A stretch of 54,137 nt of DNA. It comes from Candidatus Geocrenenecus arthurdayi (GTDB taxonomy: Archaea; Thermoproteota; Nitrososphaeria_A; Caldarchaeales; Wolframiiraptoraceae). The notes under the pieces were generated by a model that saw nothing but the letters and a program-made list of their open reading frames with translations, ran no database searches and had not been told where the DNA came from. Shown one piece after another: positions 45,745-54,137 of this stretch. Position 1 is the first letter of the stretch; every line of letters begins with the position of its first letter. A program made the position numbers and the translations under genes. Location of the stretch: the NCBI GenBank assembly GCA_023539395.1, contig JAKCEX010000005.1, forward strand, positions 1-54,137. The letters are read 5' to 3'.

Positions 45745-47082
45745 ATGAGAGAGTCTTGGGTGGAGAAGATGAGTGTAGTGAAGATACTTGAAGGCTTGAA
45801 GCTTACTAGATTCCATTATATCCTGTTAACGATTTCATCTTTAGTTTATGGATTAACAGCGATGAATGTGATGCTGATTGGAGCTTTACTTCCAAGCATT
45901 ACCGCTGAGTGGAAGCTTACTCCTACAGAAGCAGGCATACTACTTAGTTTCGGATATCTTGGAATGTTCTTTGGAGCAGTATCGAGTGGGTTAATATCCG
46001 ATAGAATTGGGAGAAAATACACAATGATTTTAATGATATTGATAGGCTCTGTATTTACAGGGTTATGCGGGGTTGCATGGAACTATTCTAGCATGGCAGT
46101 CTTCAGAATAATTGCAGGGTTTGGACTGGGTGGAACTCTTCCTATCCCAGCTGTATATATGTCTGAGTATCCCCCTGCAAGATATCGTGGGAGATTTGTT
46201 GGAATAGTTGAGACAGCGTGGGTTTACGGTGTAATACTGTCTATAGTCCTTGCAAGAATTATTATGCCTCAAGTAGGATGGAGAAGCGTTTTCACAACAT
46301 CATACATACCATTGATACTAATACCTATCATACTATACTATGCTCCAGAATCTCTAAGATTTCTAGAAAAGAAGGAAAAGATAGATGATATAAAGAACAT
46401 CCTGAGAAGACATAAACTAATTCCAGATGTAGAAGAGATTAGCATAATTATTGGGAAAGAAGAGAAAACTCGTATAGCAGTATTATTCCATGAAAAATAT
46501 CTGAAGAGAACGCTAATACTATGGCTACTCTGGGCTGTCTTAGTCTACACATACCATGGAATCTTCATCTGGCTCCCATCAATATATGCTTCAATATTCA
46601 AATACGAAGTTGTAAGAAGCTTAGAATGGGTCTTAATAATAACACTAGCTCAGGTGCCAGGATACTATAGTGCAGCTCTAATACTTGATAAAATAGGTAG
46701 GAAGGGTGTCCTAGTATCGTATTTAGCGATTGCAGGGATAGGATGCTTCCTACTAGCTTCTACTACACAGCTAGACCTTATACTCATTTACAGTGGAGTA
46801 ATCTCATTCTTTAATCTAGGCGCTTGGGCTGGGCTCTACACCTATACTCCTGAACTCTACCCCACAAAACTTAGGGGTACAGGCACTGGAGTCGCTGCAA
46901 GCATTGGGAGGCTTGCTGGGATACTTGCACCATCCGCTACTGGTTACTTGTTTGAAGTTAGTGGGGGGTCTCTTCTCCCAGCCTTCACAGTATTTGCTCT
47001 AGCACATATAGTAGCCGCAGTCTCCACAATGATATTAGGAGAAGAAACTAAAGGAAAAGTCCTCGAAGAAATATCAGAATAA
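45745..47082 (+). CDS. MFS transporter
   Basis: About 12 hydrophobic helices. GLISDRIGRK and LDKIGRKG are MFS signature loops in each half. Confidence 0.85.
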   Translation: MRESWVEKMSVVKILEGLKLTRFHYILLTISSLVYGLTAMNVMLIGALLPSITAEWKLTPTEAGILLSFGYLGMFFGAVSSGLISDRIGRKYTMILMILIGSVFTGLCGVAWNYSSMAVFRIIAGFGLGGTLPIPAVYMSEYPPARYRGRFVGIVETAWVYGVILSIVLARIIMPQVGWRSVFTTSYIPLILIPIILYYAPESLRFLEKKEKIDDIKNILRRHKLIPDVEEISIIIGKEEKTRIAVLFHEKYLKRTLILWLLWAVLVYTYHGIFIWLPSIYASIFKYEVVRSLEWVLIITLAQVPGYYSAALILDKIGRKGVLVSYLAIAGIGCFLLASTTQLDLILIYSGVISFFNLGAWAGLYTYTPELYPTKLRGTGTGVAASIGRLAGILAPSATGYLFEVSGGSLLPAFTVFALAHIVAAVSTMILGEETKGKVLEEISE

Positions 47083-47084
47083 CT

Positions 47085-49064
47085 TCATAGTTCTTGTTTA
47101 ATTCTTGATACACCACTACTATCTTTGTATACTGTTATTATGTTATCAGCTTCTTCTAGACCATAACCATGATGTGTAACAATTATCGTCTGCTTCATGT
47201 ACCTTCCTAGGCTTGATAGATGATTCAATAATAGCTGGAGATTTTCTTGGTCAACCCCATATGTAGGTTCATCTAAAATCATTAAATGCCTGAAATTGAT
47301 AAAGTATAGTACTGATAGCCTTAGGGCTAAGGAGATTAATGTTTGATGCCCTCCACCAATTCTAGTTGCAGGAATAGGCTCATCTAAACCTATTGGATGA
47401 ACATTTACACAGTATGTTTGAGGATCGATGATTATCGAATGGTAGAATCTTTGATCAGTCATCGAGTTAAGTATATCGAGTGCTCTAGATGCTAATATTT
47501 TCAGGATAGACTCTCTCTTCTTCTCTAATACTTCTTGGATCCTGTCTCTTAAAGCACTAGCGATACTTGCTGCTCTAGCTCTCTTCTCCAATTCATTCAA
47601 TCTTAATTTTTCCATCTCAAGCTTCTTTAAGATATCTTCTCTTGTCTTGATCTTATTAGATAGCTTAGAATTTAGCTCATCAAGCTTATTTTTCTTTGCT
47701 TGAATCATCTCTGGAGGTGGGATCAAGTAGCTTATCTTCTCTATAAGCTGTGGGTCCTTTACATCCAAACTTACATTTAAGGATCTTAGCATTGAATTAA
47801 CTTCAGCTTCAAGAATGCTGACCAACCTTGTAATATTTTTCTCTCTATCTTCTAATTCCCTAAATGTTTCAATTAATGCATTTAACCTTTCGCGTCTCTC
47901 TCTACTTTCCCCTTCATCCTTCTTCTTCTCTTCAAGTTTTTTCTTCAGCAAACTTAACTCTTCTTCAGATTGATGAAGGAGCTTCTCAAGATTAGCTATC
48001 TCGTCCTCCTCCCGACTTATTATCTCAAACAATGTCAGTATGTTTATGGTTTGCCCACAGGTAGGGCATACACCTCTGCCCTCTTTTACTAATTGTTGAT
48101 GTTGTTCTAAATGTTGTCTCAAGCTTTTAATCTTACTAGATATAGAGGCATTCTCAACAATCTTCTCATTTAATCTTTCTTCAAGTTCATGGATTTCATC
48201 TATTAGCTTTCTCAATCTATCTCTTACCTTCGCTTCCTCGTTTACTATTGAGTCAATTTTTTCAATAGCATATCTTGATAGAAAATCTCTCTTAGTGTTC
48301 TTAACCTCTAATAATCTACTCCTCTGTTTTTCTAGTTCTCTAATTTTCTGGAACAGTATAGGGGTAGCTGGAGACTCTATGGATGTTAATTCTCTCTTTA
48401 TTTCTTCTATCTCTTTTGATATTGTTTGTATATCTTCTTCTACTTCTCTTAGCCGTTCTTCATCTGATGGGATAATGTACATAACTAGGTTTCTATATTC
48501 TGTCTCAACATCTACTCCATTTATTCTTGATAGCTTTTTTCTTGCTTGGTCAAGCTGTTCTGAAAGTTCTTGAAGTAAACTTATCCCTAATACAGTATCC
48601 ATCTCTTCTTTCTTCGGCTCAAGGATCTCTAATATCCTTCCCTGCTTAGAGTATACTATCCAGTTAAACGACCTATAACCTACCCCGAGTAATGAGCTCA
48701 CTTTCCTCCTAAGATCTTCCAGGCTCTCAACTTGAGCTTCTTTTCCATCTACTAGAAGTCTAGCGTCAACTGAGTAGACCCTGCCATGTTTTATTTCAAG
48801 TCTCCTATATATTTCGACTCTTGAATCATTTTTAGGACTTCTAAACCTTAAGTAGACTTCTGCATCTCTAACCGTAGGTCTACGGGATAAGAGTAGCTTA
48901 TTCTCGATTCCTGGTACTGTTCCGAATAATCCATATACTATACTATCTAGTAGTGAAGTCTTGCCAGCTGAATTCCGACCTGTGATAAGGTTTAAGCCTT
49001 CAGTGAAACTAACTTCTGCATTTTCATAACCTTCAAAATTTTTTAAACGTACTTCTTCAATCAT
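47085..49064 (-). CDS. Rad50/SbcC-family SMC-like ATPase with short coiled coil
   Basis: Walker A GRNSAGKTSLLDSI, zinc hook CPTCGQ at residues 333-336, signature-like IGGGHQTL, Walker B LMILDEPTYGVD, and H-loop IIVTHH. 659 aa. Confidence 0.8.
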   Translation of the reverse strand: MIEEVRLKNFEGYENAEVSFTEGLNLITGRNSAGKTSLLDSIVYGLFGTVPGIENKLLLSRRPTVRDAEVYLRFRSPKNDSRVEIYRRLEIKHGRVYSVDARLLVDGKEAQVESLEDLRRKVSSLLGVGYRSFNWIVYSKQGRILEILEPKKEEMDTVLGISLLQELSEQLDQARKKLSRINGVDVETEYRNLVMYIIPSDEERLREVEEDIQTISKEIEEIKRELTSIESPATPILFQKIRELEKQRSRLLEVKNTKRDFLSRYAIEKIDSIVNEEAKVRDRLRKLIDEIHELEERLNEKIVENASISSKIKSLRQHLEQHQQLVKEGRGVCPTCGQTINILTLFEIISREEDEIANLEKLLHQSEEELSLLKKKLEEKKKDEGESRERRERLNALIETFRELEDREKNITRLVSILEAEVNSMLRSLNVSLDVKDPQLIEKISYLIPPPEMIQAKKNKLDELNSKLSNKIKTREDILKKLEMEKLRLNELEKRARAASIASALRDRIQEVLEKKRESILKILASRALDILNSMTDQRFYHSIIIDPQTYCVNVHPIGLDEPIPATRIGGGHQTLISLALRLSVLYFINFRHLMILDEPTYGVDQENLQLLLNHLSSLGRYMKQTIIVTHHGYGLEEADNIITVYKDSSGVSRIKQEL

Positions 49065-49157
49065 CTTAACTTAACCACACATTGAGAGATAATAATCTTG
49101 ATTAACAATATAGATTGATTTCTTTTTATTGCGGGATCTACAAGAGATAATGAATTT

Positions 49158-50456
49158 TTAATCTTCATTTCCGTCCGCCTCAACTTTACTTAGTAGTATA
49201 CTAGCCCATCTTTCAACAAAAACAGACCTATCTGAGTCTTTTAAGAGTCCTGTTTTCTCGCTTGCCTTCTCTTCTAATGTTAATGATGTTTCTTCAATTA
49301 ATTCTACTATACTGGGTTCCTGACTAAGCTCTTTGAATAAATCTTTAACTAGGTCTTCTCTGGATATAGGCATAACCCCTCCCGATTCCTCTCTGATTAT
49401 AGGCGTAATATCTTCTTCTATTTCTAAGTATAGTAGATTTGGATTATCTTCTCTAATTCCTCTCAGCTCTTCTTCGGTGAATATTCTGGGGAAAACTTTA
49501 AGATCTGAAGCTGTACCTGAAACTTTTATCTTCAAGATTCCTGGAAGCTTCTTCTCACTCAGCTCGTTCATGAAGATAGAGATCTCCTCTAAGACTCTGT
49601 CTTTAAACCATTGTAGAGGCTTAGGCTCCTCAGAGAGTACTCTCCTGAGAGCTATATGCTGAGAAGGTTTTAATTCAATAAATTTTGCTTGTATTCTTCC
49701 TGAATCATCTACATCTAGAATATATACTCCGAACGGTCCCTTCTCACCAAGGTCTACTGCTTCTATTGCTCCGGGCATTATAAATTTGAGGTTATCTTTT
49801 TCTTTTACTTCACCTTTTTCATGGTAATGTCCAACTACAACTATGTCTACTTGTATCTTCTCTAAGTCCTCTCTATTTATTATTGAGTGCTCAGGAGTAT
49901 ATGGTGGTATAATATTGACTCCTTCAATGTAATTGTGGAGTAGGAGTATCTTGAATTGATTGTTTTTCGATGAATCCACTATTTCTGATAGGCTACCTAT
50001 AAAATCTTTGAACTTCTTCCTTATGAATGGGTGGTAGCCTATTCCAGTGACTAGTATGTCGCCGCCACTATAGTATTGGAGTTCTTCTTTTATGCTTTCT
50101 CCAATGATTTGTAGATAGTCTGCTAATGGATGTGTTATGTATTCTAATACACAGCTACTTAGCGCTCCATCATGATTGCCTCTAACTATAAATATTTTTA
50201 CGTCTTTCTCCCATTTCTCTCTAGAATTTTTAACTAATCTATAGAATTCATCTTTAACGAATCGAGCATCATCAGGTGTCATGCTTCTCTTCTCGAATAA
50301 GTCTCCTCCATGTACTACATAGTCTACTCTATTATCAATGAATATGTTGATAGCTTGTTTGAAAGCTTCTCTAAAAGCATGCCTCCTAGCGTCTCCAACT
50401 ACTCTTGGAATATTTCTACCAATATGACTATCACTGAAAACTCCGATCCTCAACAT
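49158..50456 (-). CDS. Mre11/SbcD-family phosphoesterase nuclease
   Basis: FSDSHIG (motif I), HGGDLF (II), VRGNHD (III), LLLHNY (IV), VGHYH (V), and a helical C-terminal tail. Confidence 0.8.
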   Translation of the reverse strand: MLRIGVFSDSHIGRNIPRVVGDARRHAFREAFKQAINIFIDNRVDYVVHGGDLFEKRSMTPDDARFVKDEFYRLVKNSREKWEKDVKIFIVRGNHDGALSSCVLEYITHPLADYLQIIGESIKEELQYYSGGDILVTGIGYHPFIRKKFKDFIGSLSEIVDSSKNNQFKILLLHNYIEGVNIIPPYTPEHSIINREDLEKIQVDIVVVGHYHEKGEVKEKDNLKFIMPGAIEAVDLGEKGPFGVYILDVDDSGRIQAKFIELKPSQHIALRRVLSEEPKPLQWFKDRVLEEISIFMNELSEKKLPGILKIKVSGTASDLKVFPRIFTEEELRGIREDNPNLLYLEIEEDITPIIREESGGVMPISREDLVKDLFKELSQEPSIVELIEETSLTLEEKASEKTGLLKDSDRSVFVERWASILLSKVEADGNED

Positions 50457-50539
50457 TCTCTATATCATGTTATATTCATAATCCTAAAAGCATTTAGTAG
50501 ACAGGTATGCTGCCATGAGTTGGGCACTCTAGATTATTC

Positions 50540-51007
50540 CTATGCTTGTTTTCCAGAAGATTTAATATATGATTCGAGAATATTCATGTAAGACTGATAT
50601 AGTTGGTCCATCTTTTTGCTCATTTCATTTAGTGTTTTCTTTATGTCTTCAATACTATTCAGCACATTCTTTAGAGAATACTCTAGTTCAAACTGTATTG
50701 GCCCAAATCCTTCATGTAATTCATCACCGATAGTTCCATACTTTATCGTGAATACTTTAAGCTTTGGATCAGGTTTCACTTCTTCAATACTGAATTCTTT
50801 AATTACTGTTGGTTGAGGGGGGTTCCTTATCTTCTCGATAGCTTCTTGTAAGAGATCATCTTCACCTTGTAGATGAAGTAGTAAGCCTCCTTCCGGAGTA
50901 AACTCAATATATCCTGCTAAGTCTTTCTCTCTAACTGTATCTACGATATACCATCTATATCCAGTTCTGAGAACCTTACCTCTTATCTTTATCTTGAATG
51001 CTTTCAT
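50540..51007 (-). CDS. acylphosphatase-like domain protein with C-terminal helical extension
   Basis: KIKIRGKVLRTGYRWYIV...LAGYIEFTPEGGLLLHLQGE resembles the acylphosphatase V.G.VQGVGFR...G.V.N..DG.V fold. The Asn position is not conserved. A helical tail of about 60 aa follows. Confidence 0.5.
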   Translation of the reverse strand: MKAFKIKIRGKVLRTGYRWYIVDTVREKDLAGYIEFTPEGGLLLHLQGEDDLLQEAIEKIRNPPQPTVIKEFSIEEVKPDPKLKVFTIKYGTIGDELHEGFGPIQFELEYSLKNVLNSIEDIKKTLNEMSKKMDQLYQSYMNILESYIKSSGKQA

Positions 51008-51046
51008 ATCTTAACAAAAGATACTGTATAGTATTTTAGGATTTTT

Positions 51047-52495
51047 CTAGTAAGCCCTCGCTACGTATACTATCGTTTTCGCTGTCTGCCCGCAGGCTAT
51101 ACATGGTCTATCTGGGTGTTCAGCTATATCGTATCTTTCTCCTCTAATTTCTCCTCCTACATTTTCTTTGATCTTCTCTGCACATTCTATTGAGCCGCAC
51201 CATGCAATTCTTGCTATACATTTGTTATCTATGGCTTTAGAAGCTTCCTCCATCGTTTTAGCATCAATAATCAATTGGTAGAGCATTCTCTCACTTCTCT
51301 CTCTTAGATTCTGCATTAAACTCTCCATAAGCCTCTCCACTTCTCTAGATACATTTAATCTATTACATTGAGTCCTCTCTAGAGTATCCCTCCTAGTTAG
51401 GGTTACCTTTTCTTCGATTACTTCTCTTGGTCCAACTTCTATTCTTACCGGTACACCCATCATCTCCCAGTAGTAGAATTTCTCTCCAGGTGTAACATCT
51501 TCTCTATCATCTAGAACAGTTCTCCATTTATCTTTTAATTCATTGAATATCTTATTTGCATAATCCATTACTTCTTTCTCCTGTCCTTTGAATAATATTG
51601 GGATTATTACTACTTGGGTGGGTGCTACGGGTGGTGGAAGTACTAGCCCCCTATCATCACCATGCTGTGCAATTATAGCTGCTAAAACTCTACTATATCC
51701 AAACCCATAGCATAACTGGTAAACGTATCCTCTTGAGCCATCTTTCTTCTCAAATGTGATATCGTATGCTTTCGAGAAGTTTCTCCCTAGATTGTGGACT
51801 GTTGCTACTTGGTTAACTCTACCATCTGGGTTCCAGCTATCGAAAGCTATTGAATAGACTGCTCCAGCAAACTTATCGAAATCAGGTCTCTTCAGTAATA
51901 GGAAGCTTATCCCAAGCTCCCTAAGTACTTGGCTGTAGATCTCTATTGCTTCTCTAACTTGTCTTTCTGCATCACTTGGAGATTCATGTGCTGTGTGAGC
52001 TTCATTCCACGGGATCTCTCTAACCCTATATAGTGGTCTAGTAGCTTTTGTCTCATACCTATAGACATTTACGCTTTGATGAACTTTAAGGGGTAGGTCG
52101 GCATGACTTCTTATCCAAAGCTTAAACATAGGGTACATTATAGTTTCAGAAGTTGGTCTAACGATTAATATACGTTCTGCGCCTTTCTCACTCTTCTGCT
52201 CTATGGTGAAGACTTCCCTAGAGAACCCCTTGATATGCTCTGCTTCTTTTGCGAAGAGTTCTTGTGTAGTTACAAGTGGAAATAGTGTGAGTTTGTGCCC
52301 AGTCTTCTCAAGCTTCTCCTCCAGCATTCTTCTAATCCTCTCCATAATGTATGCTCCATTCTCTAAGTATACTAAGAAGCCTTTAACAGGAAACCTATTA
52401 TCCGCTATCTTCGCATTTAGTAGGAGTTGATCAAACCATTCTGTAAAATTTGAAAACTTCTCTAAACTTGTTACTTGCTGGCTCTCACTAGCCAT
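51047..52495 (-). CDS. proS: prolyl-tRNA synthetase, archaeal/eukaryotic type
   Basis: Class II core (RPTSETIMYPMF, FRYE-like VYRYETK), a C-terminal zinc domain (CGSIECAEKI...CIACGQ), and a terminal Tyr. I prefer the ATG at 52495. Confidence 0.9.
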   Translation of the reverse strand: MASESQQVTSLEKFSNFTEWFDQLLLNAKIADNRFPVKGFLVYLENGAYIMERIRRMLEEKLEKTGHKLTLFPLVTTQELFAKEAEHIKGFSREVFTIEQKSEKGAERILIVRPTSETIMYPMFKLWIRSHADLPLKVHQSVNVYRYETKATRPLYRVREIPWNEAHTAHESPSDAERQVREAIEIYSQVLRELGISFLLLKRPDFDKFAGAVYSIAFDSWNPDGRVNQVATVHNLGRNFSKAYDITFEKKDGSRGYVYQLCYGFGYSRVLAAIIAQHGDDRGLVLPPPVAPTQVVIIPILFKGQEKEVMDYANKIFNELKDKWRTVLDDREDVTPGEKFYYWEMMGVPVRIEVGPREVIEEKVTLTRRDTLERTQCNRLNVSREVERLMESLMQNLRERSERMLYQLIIDAKTMEEASKAIDNKCIARIAWCGSIECAEKIKENVGGEIRGERYDIAEHPDRPCIACGQTAKTIVYVARAY

Positions 52496-52629
52496 ATTTC
52501 TCAATTGCTATTTTATGATATAAGCAAGCTATTAATCTTTCTATGTTCAGATATAGCTGGATTTCTCAGAGTGTAGCTTTAATAAGCATAGAATTGCTAA
52601 CACTATGGAGCAATCTGGGATGAGTTGTA

Positions 52630-53013
52630 GTGTTTAAGAAGGTTGTGCTTACGAAGAATGTGGCTTACACTCTGCTTGAAATTGCTCGAAATACTCATCC
52701 CCGTGAAATGCTTATGTTACTTAGAGGTAAGAAGAAGAAAGATTTTATTAAGGTAGATGAAGTTCTCTTCGCTCCTCTATCTCAGCATGGTGAATCATCA
52801 GCAACTTTTAGATTTGACCTTCTTCCAATAGACTTCACTATAATCGGGTTAGCACATTCTCATCCTTCTGGACATTCTTACCCATCTCTTGAAGATTTAA
52901 ACCATTTTATTGGAAGTGTAATGTTAATCTTAACACCACCATACCAGAGCCTTAAAGATATCCATGCTTATAATCCAAGAGGAGAAAGAGTAGGCATCTA
53001 CCTAGAAGATTGA
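52630..53013 (+). CDS. JAB1/MPN/JAMM metalloprotease domain protein (minimal, 127 aa)
   Basis: Upstream Glu (PREMLMLL) plus HSHPSGHSYPSLEDL, which is HxHx7Sx2D. GTG start. Confidence 0.8.
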   Translation: MFKKVVLTKNVAYTLLEIARNTHPREMLMLLRGKKKKDFIKVDEVLFAPLSQHGESSATFRFDLLPIDFTIIGLAHSHPSGHSYPSLEDLNHFIGSVMLILTPPYQSLKDIHAYNPRGERVGIYLED

Positions 53014-53702
53014 TTTTTCTCCCAAGCTTTTACGGCTGACTCTGCCATTGATGATAGGATAGACTTGGGGTTTTTTGCTTTAACATATGCGCTTGAGAGG
53101 AGCACTCCCTCTGTTCCTAGTTCGATTGCTTTAGCTACATCTTCACCGGCTGATATGCCTGCACCACATAGAATATGTATTGAGGGGTTAATCTTCTTAA
53201 CTACATCTACTGCGCCTACTACTATCTCCGGTTTAGCTTTTGAGACTGGTATACCCGTACCTATTAATTCTGGAGGCTCTACAGCAAGTATATCTGGATA
53301 TAATGCTGCTCCAGCTCTAGTCGTATCAACAGTATCTGTGCAGAGTAGTGGGATTAAGCCATTCTCCTTAAGCCTCTTAATCACCATTGAAATATCTGCC
53401 AACAATACTCTCCTTTCTGAATGGTTTACTATTGAGCCGACTGCTCCGCACTCCTTAATCATCTCTACTATGGTGCTTCCCGTCCAGCTTCCTGGGAGAT
53501 ACGGGTCAACATGTTGTGCAAAAACTGGGATACCCACTGAATTAACAACTCTACTAAGCATAGTTATTGGTGGAGCTACAGCTACACCTACCCCATACTC
53601 ATCGGCTACTTCTTCAGCATACTTTGCTAATCTGATACAATTTTCACCTATTACTTCAGGATAAACCTTAAAGTTTAAAACTATTAATGGGAATCTCAGC
53701 AT
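52998..53702 (-). CDS. tpiA: triosephosphate isomerase (short archaeal type)
   Basis: LIVLNFKVY, IVNHSERR, AVEPPELIGTG and LCGAGIS blocks. 234 aa. Confidence 0.9.
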   Translation of the reverse strand: MLRFPLIVLNFKVYPEVIGENCIRLAKYAEEVADEYGVGVAVAPPITMLSRVVNSVGIPVFAQHVDPYLPGSWTGSTIVEMIKECGAVGSIVNHSERRVLLADISMVIKRLKENGLIPLLCTDTVDTTRAGAALYPDILAVEPPELIGTGIPVSKAKPEIVVGAVDVVKKINPSIHILCGAGISAGEDVAKAIELGTEGVLLSSAYVKAKNPKSILSSMAESAVKAWEKNQSSR

Positions 53703-54137
53703 ATCAATAGTGATATGTCATTTACGAAATAAACCTTCTTTTAGGAATTGAAGACGTTTTGAAGTTTTCTAGATACGGCTCAATTGAATAGGTAGGAATG
53801 CTAATGTCTAGAGAGTGAATTCATTGACTGAGAGCTATAGTATTAGAAGCCATTGATAATAGTTGATAGAGGTCCATAGTATAGGTGGGCTCTAGAAAGA
53901 CTTGAGAAGACTATACATCAACAATAACAATAAGAAACCTACAAACAATAATGAAAACCCAGGGAGAAGTATTACCTAGACGACAGGATCAAGTCCACTA
54001 AAGATAGGTTTATTAATAACCGATGTATGCTTATAAGTGAATCCCACGGTAGGGCTCCAACCAACCTCCTCTCCACAGAATTCCAGAATCAAGGCTTAGA
54101 AAGCCAAAAAACAATACGGAATCTCATAGAGAGAATT

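Noticed and set aside
53065-53664. 199-aa plus-strand ORF covering most of tpiA.
   Set aside because: It is antisense to a clear archaeal TIM. The Ser/Thr/Ala/Pro-rich sequence has no motifs. The same reasoning applies to 26840..27448 (antisense to etfB), 38693..39217 (antisense to nfeD), 40072..40386, 40535..40906, 23813..24184 and 35575..35838.
1-54137. Search for CRISPR arrays, rRNA/tRNA genes, transposases and integrases.
   Set aside because: I saw no regularly spaced direct repeats, no G+C-rich structured-RNA islands of tRNA or rRNA size, and no ORF with DDE, tyrosine-recombinase or serine-recombinase motifs.

Overview
AT-rich 54.1-kb chromosomal segment (about 38% G+C in a spot count of one 60-nt line). 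It looks like a hyperthermophilic crenarchaeote of the Thermoprotei/Desulfurococcales type. Support: aRF1 with NIKS/GGQ motifs, archaeal-type ProRS, class V FBP aldolase/phosphatase, pantoate kinase, short archaeal TIM, C/D box sRNAs, and many TTG/GTG starts. The window is mostly tightly packed housekeeping and metabolic genes. (1) A scattered complex-I remnant: nuoI-like, nuoA and nuoH, with a PfkA-type phosphofructokinase among them. (2) A decaying HepT/MNT toxin-antitoxin pair. (3) Two aldo/keto reductase paralogues. (4) rps10, aRF1, mdh and bacterial-sized leuCD. (5) A 13-kb fatty-acid/acyl-CoA cluster: acyl-CoA dehydrogenase, crotonase, thiolase+DUF35, 3-hydroxyacyl-CoA dehydrogenase, etfBA, acyl-CoA synthetase and a membrane Fe-S/CCG oxidoreductase of the EtfD/DsrMK-fusion type. 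(6) An S-component-like membrane protein coupled to pantoate kinase. (7) A stomatin-NfeD-PRTase operon joined by ATGA overlaps. (8) PGM, FBP aldolase/phosphatase, HtpX and an MFS transporter. (9) An Mre11/Rad50-like pair with short coiled coils and no HerA/NurA. (10) ProRS, a minimal JAMM protein and TIM. I found no rRNA, tRNA, CRISPR array or transposase ORF. Structure the ORF track does not explain: three C/D box sRNA candidates (7509..7573 +, 41275..41331 -, 41399..41459 -), the last fully canonical; a 107-bp MITE-like element with 16-bp perfect terminal inverted repeats and an 8-bp target-site duplication (37421..37543); and a possible dispersed intergenic repeat at both ends of the window. 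The best candidates for something undescribed are the short-coil Mre11/Rad50 module with an acylphosphatase-like partner, the NuoI with a roughly 105-110 aa insertion plus a coupled 116-aa ORF, the archaeal EtfD-like ETF acceptor, the stomatin-NfeD-PRTase coupling, and a small two-gene NTase-like insert in the lipid cluster. All functional calls come from reading motifs by eye. No database search was run.
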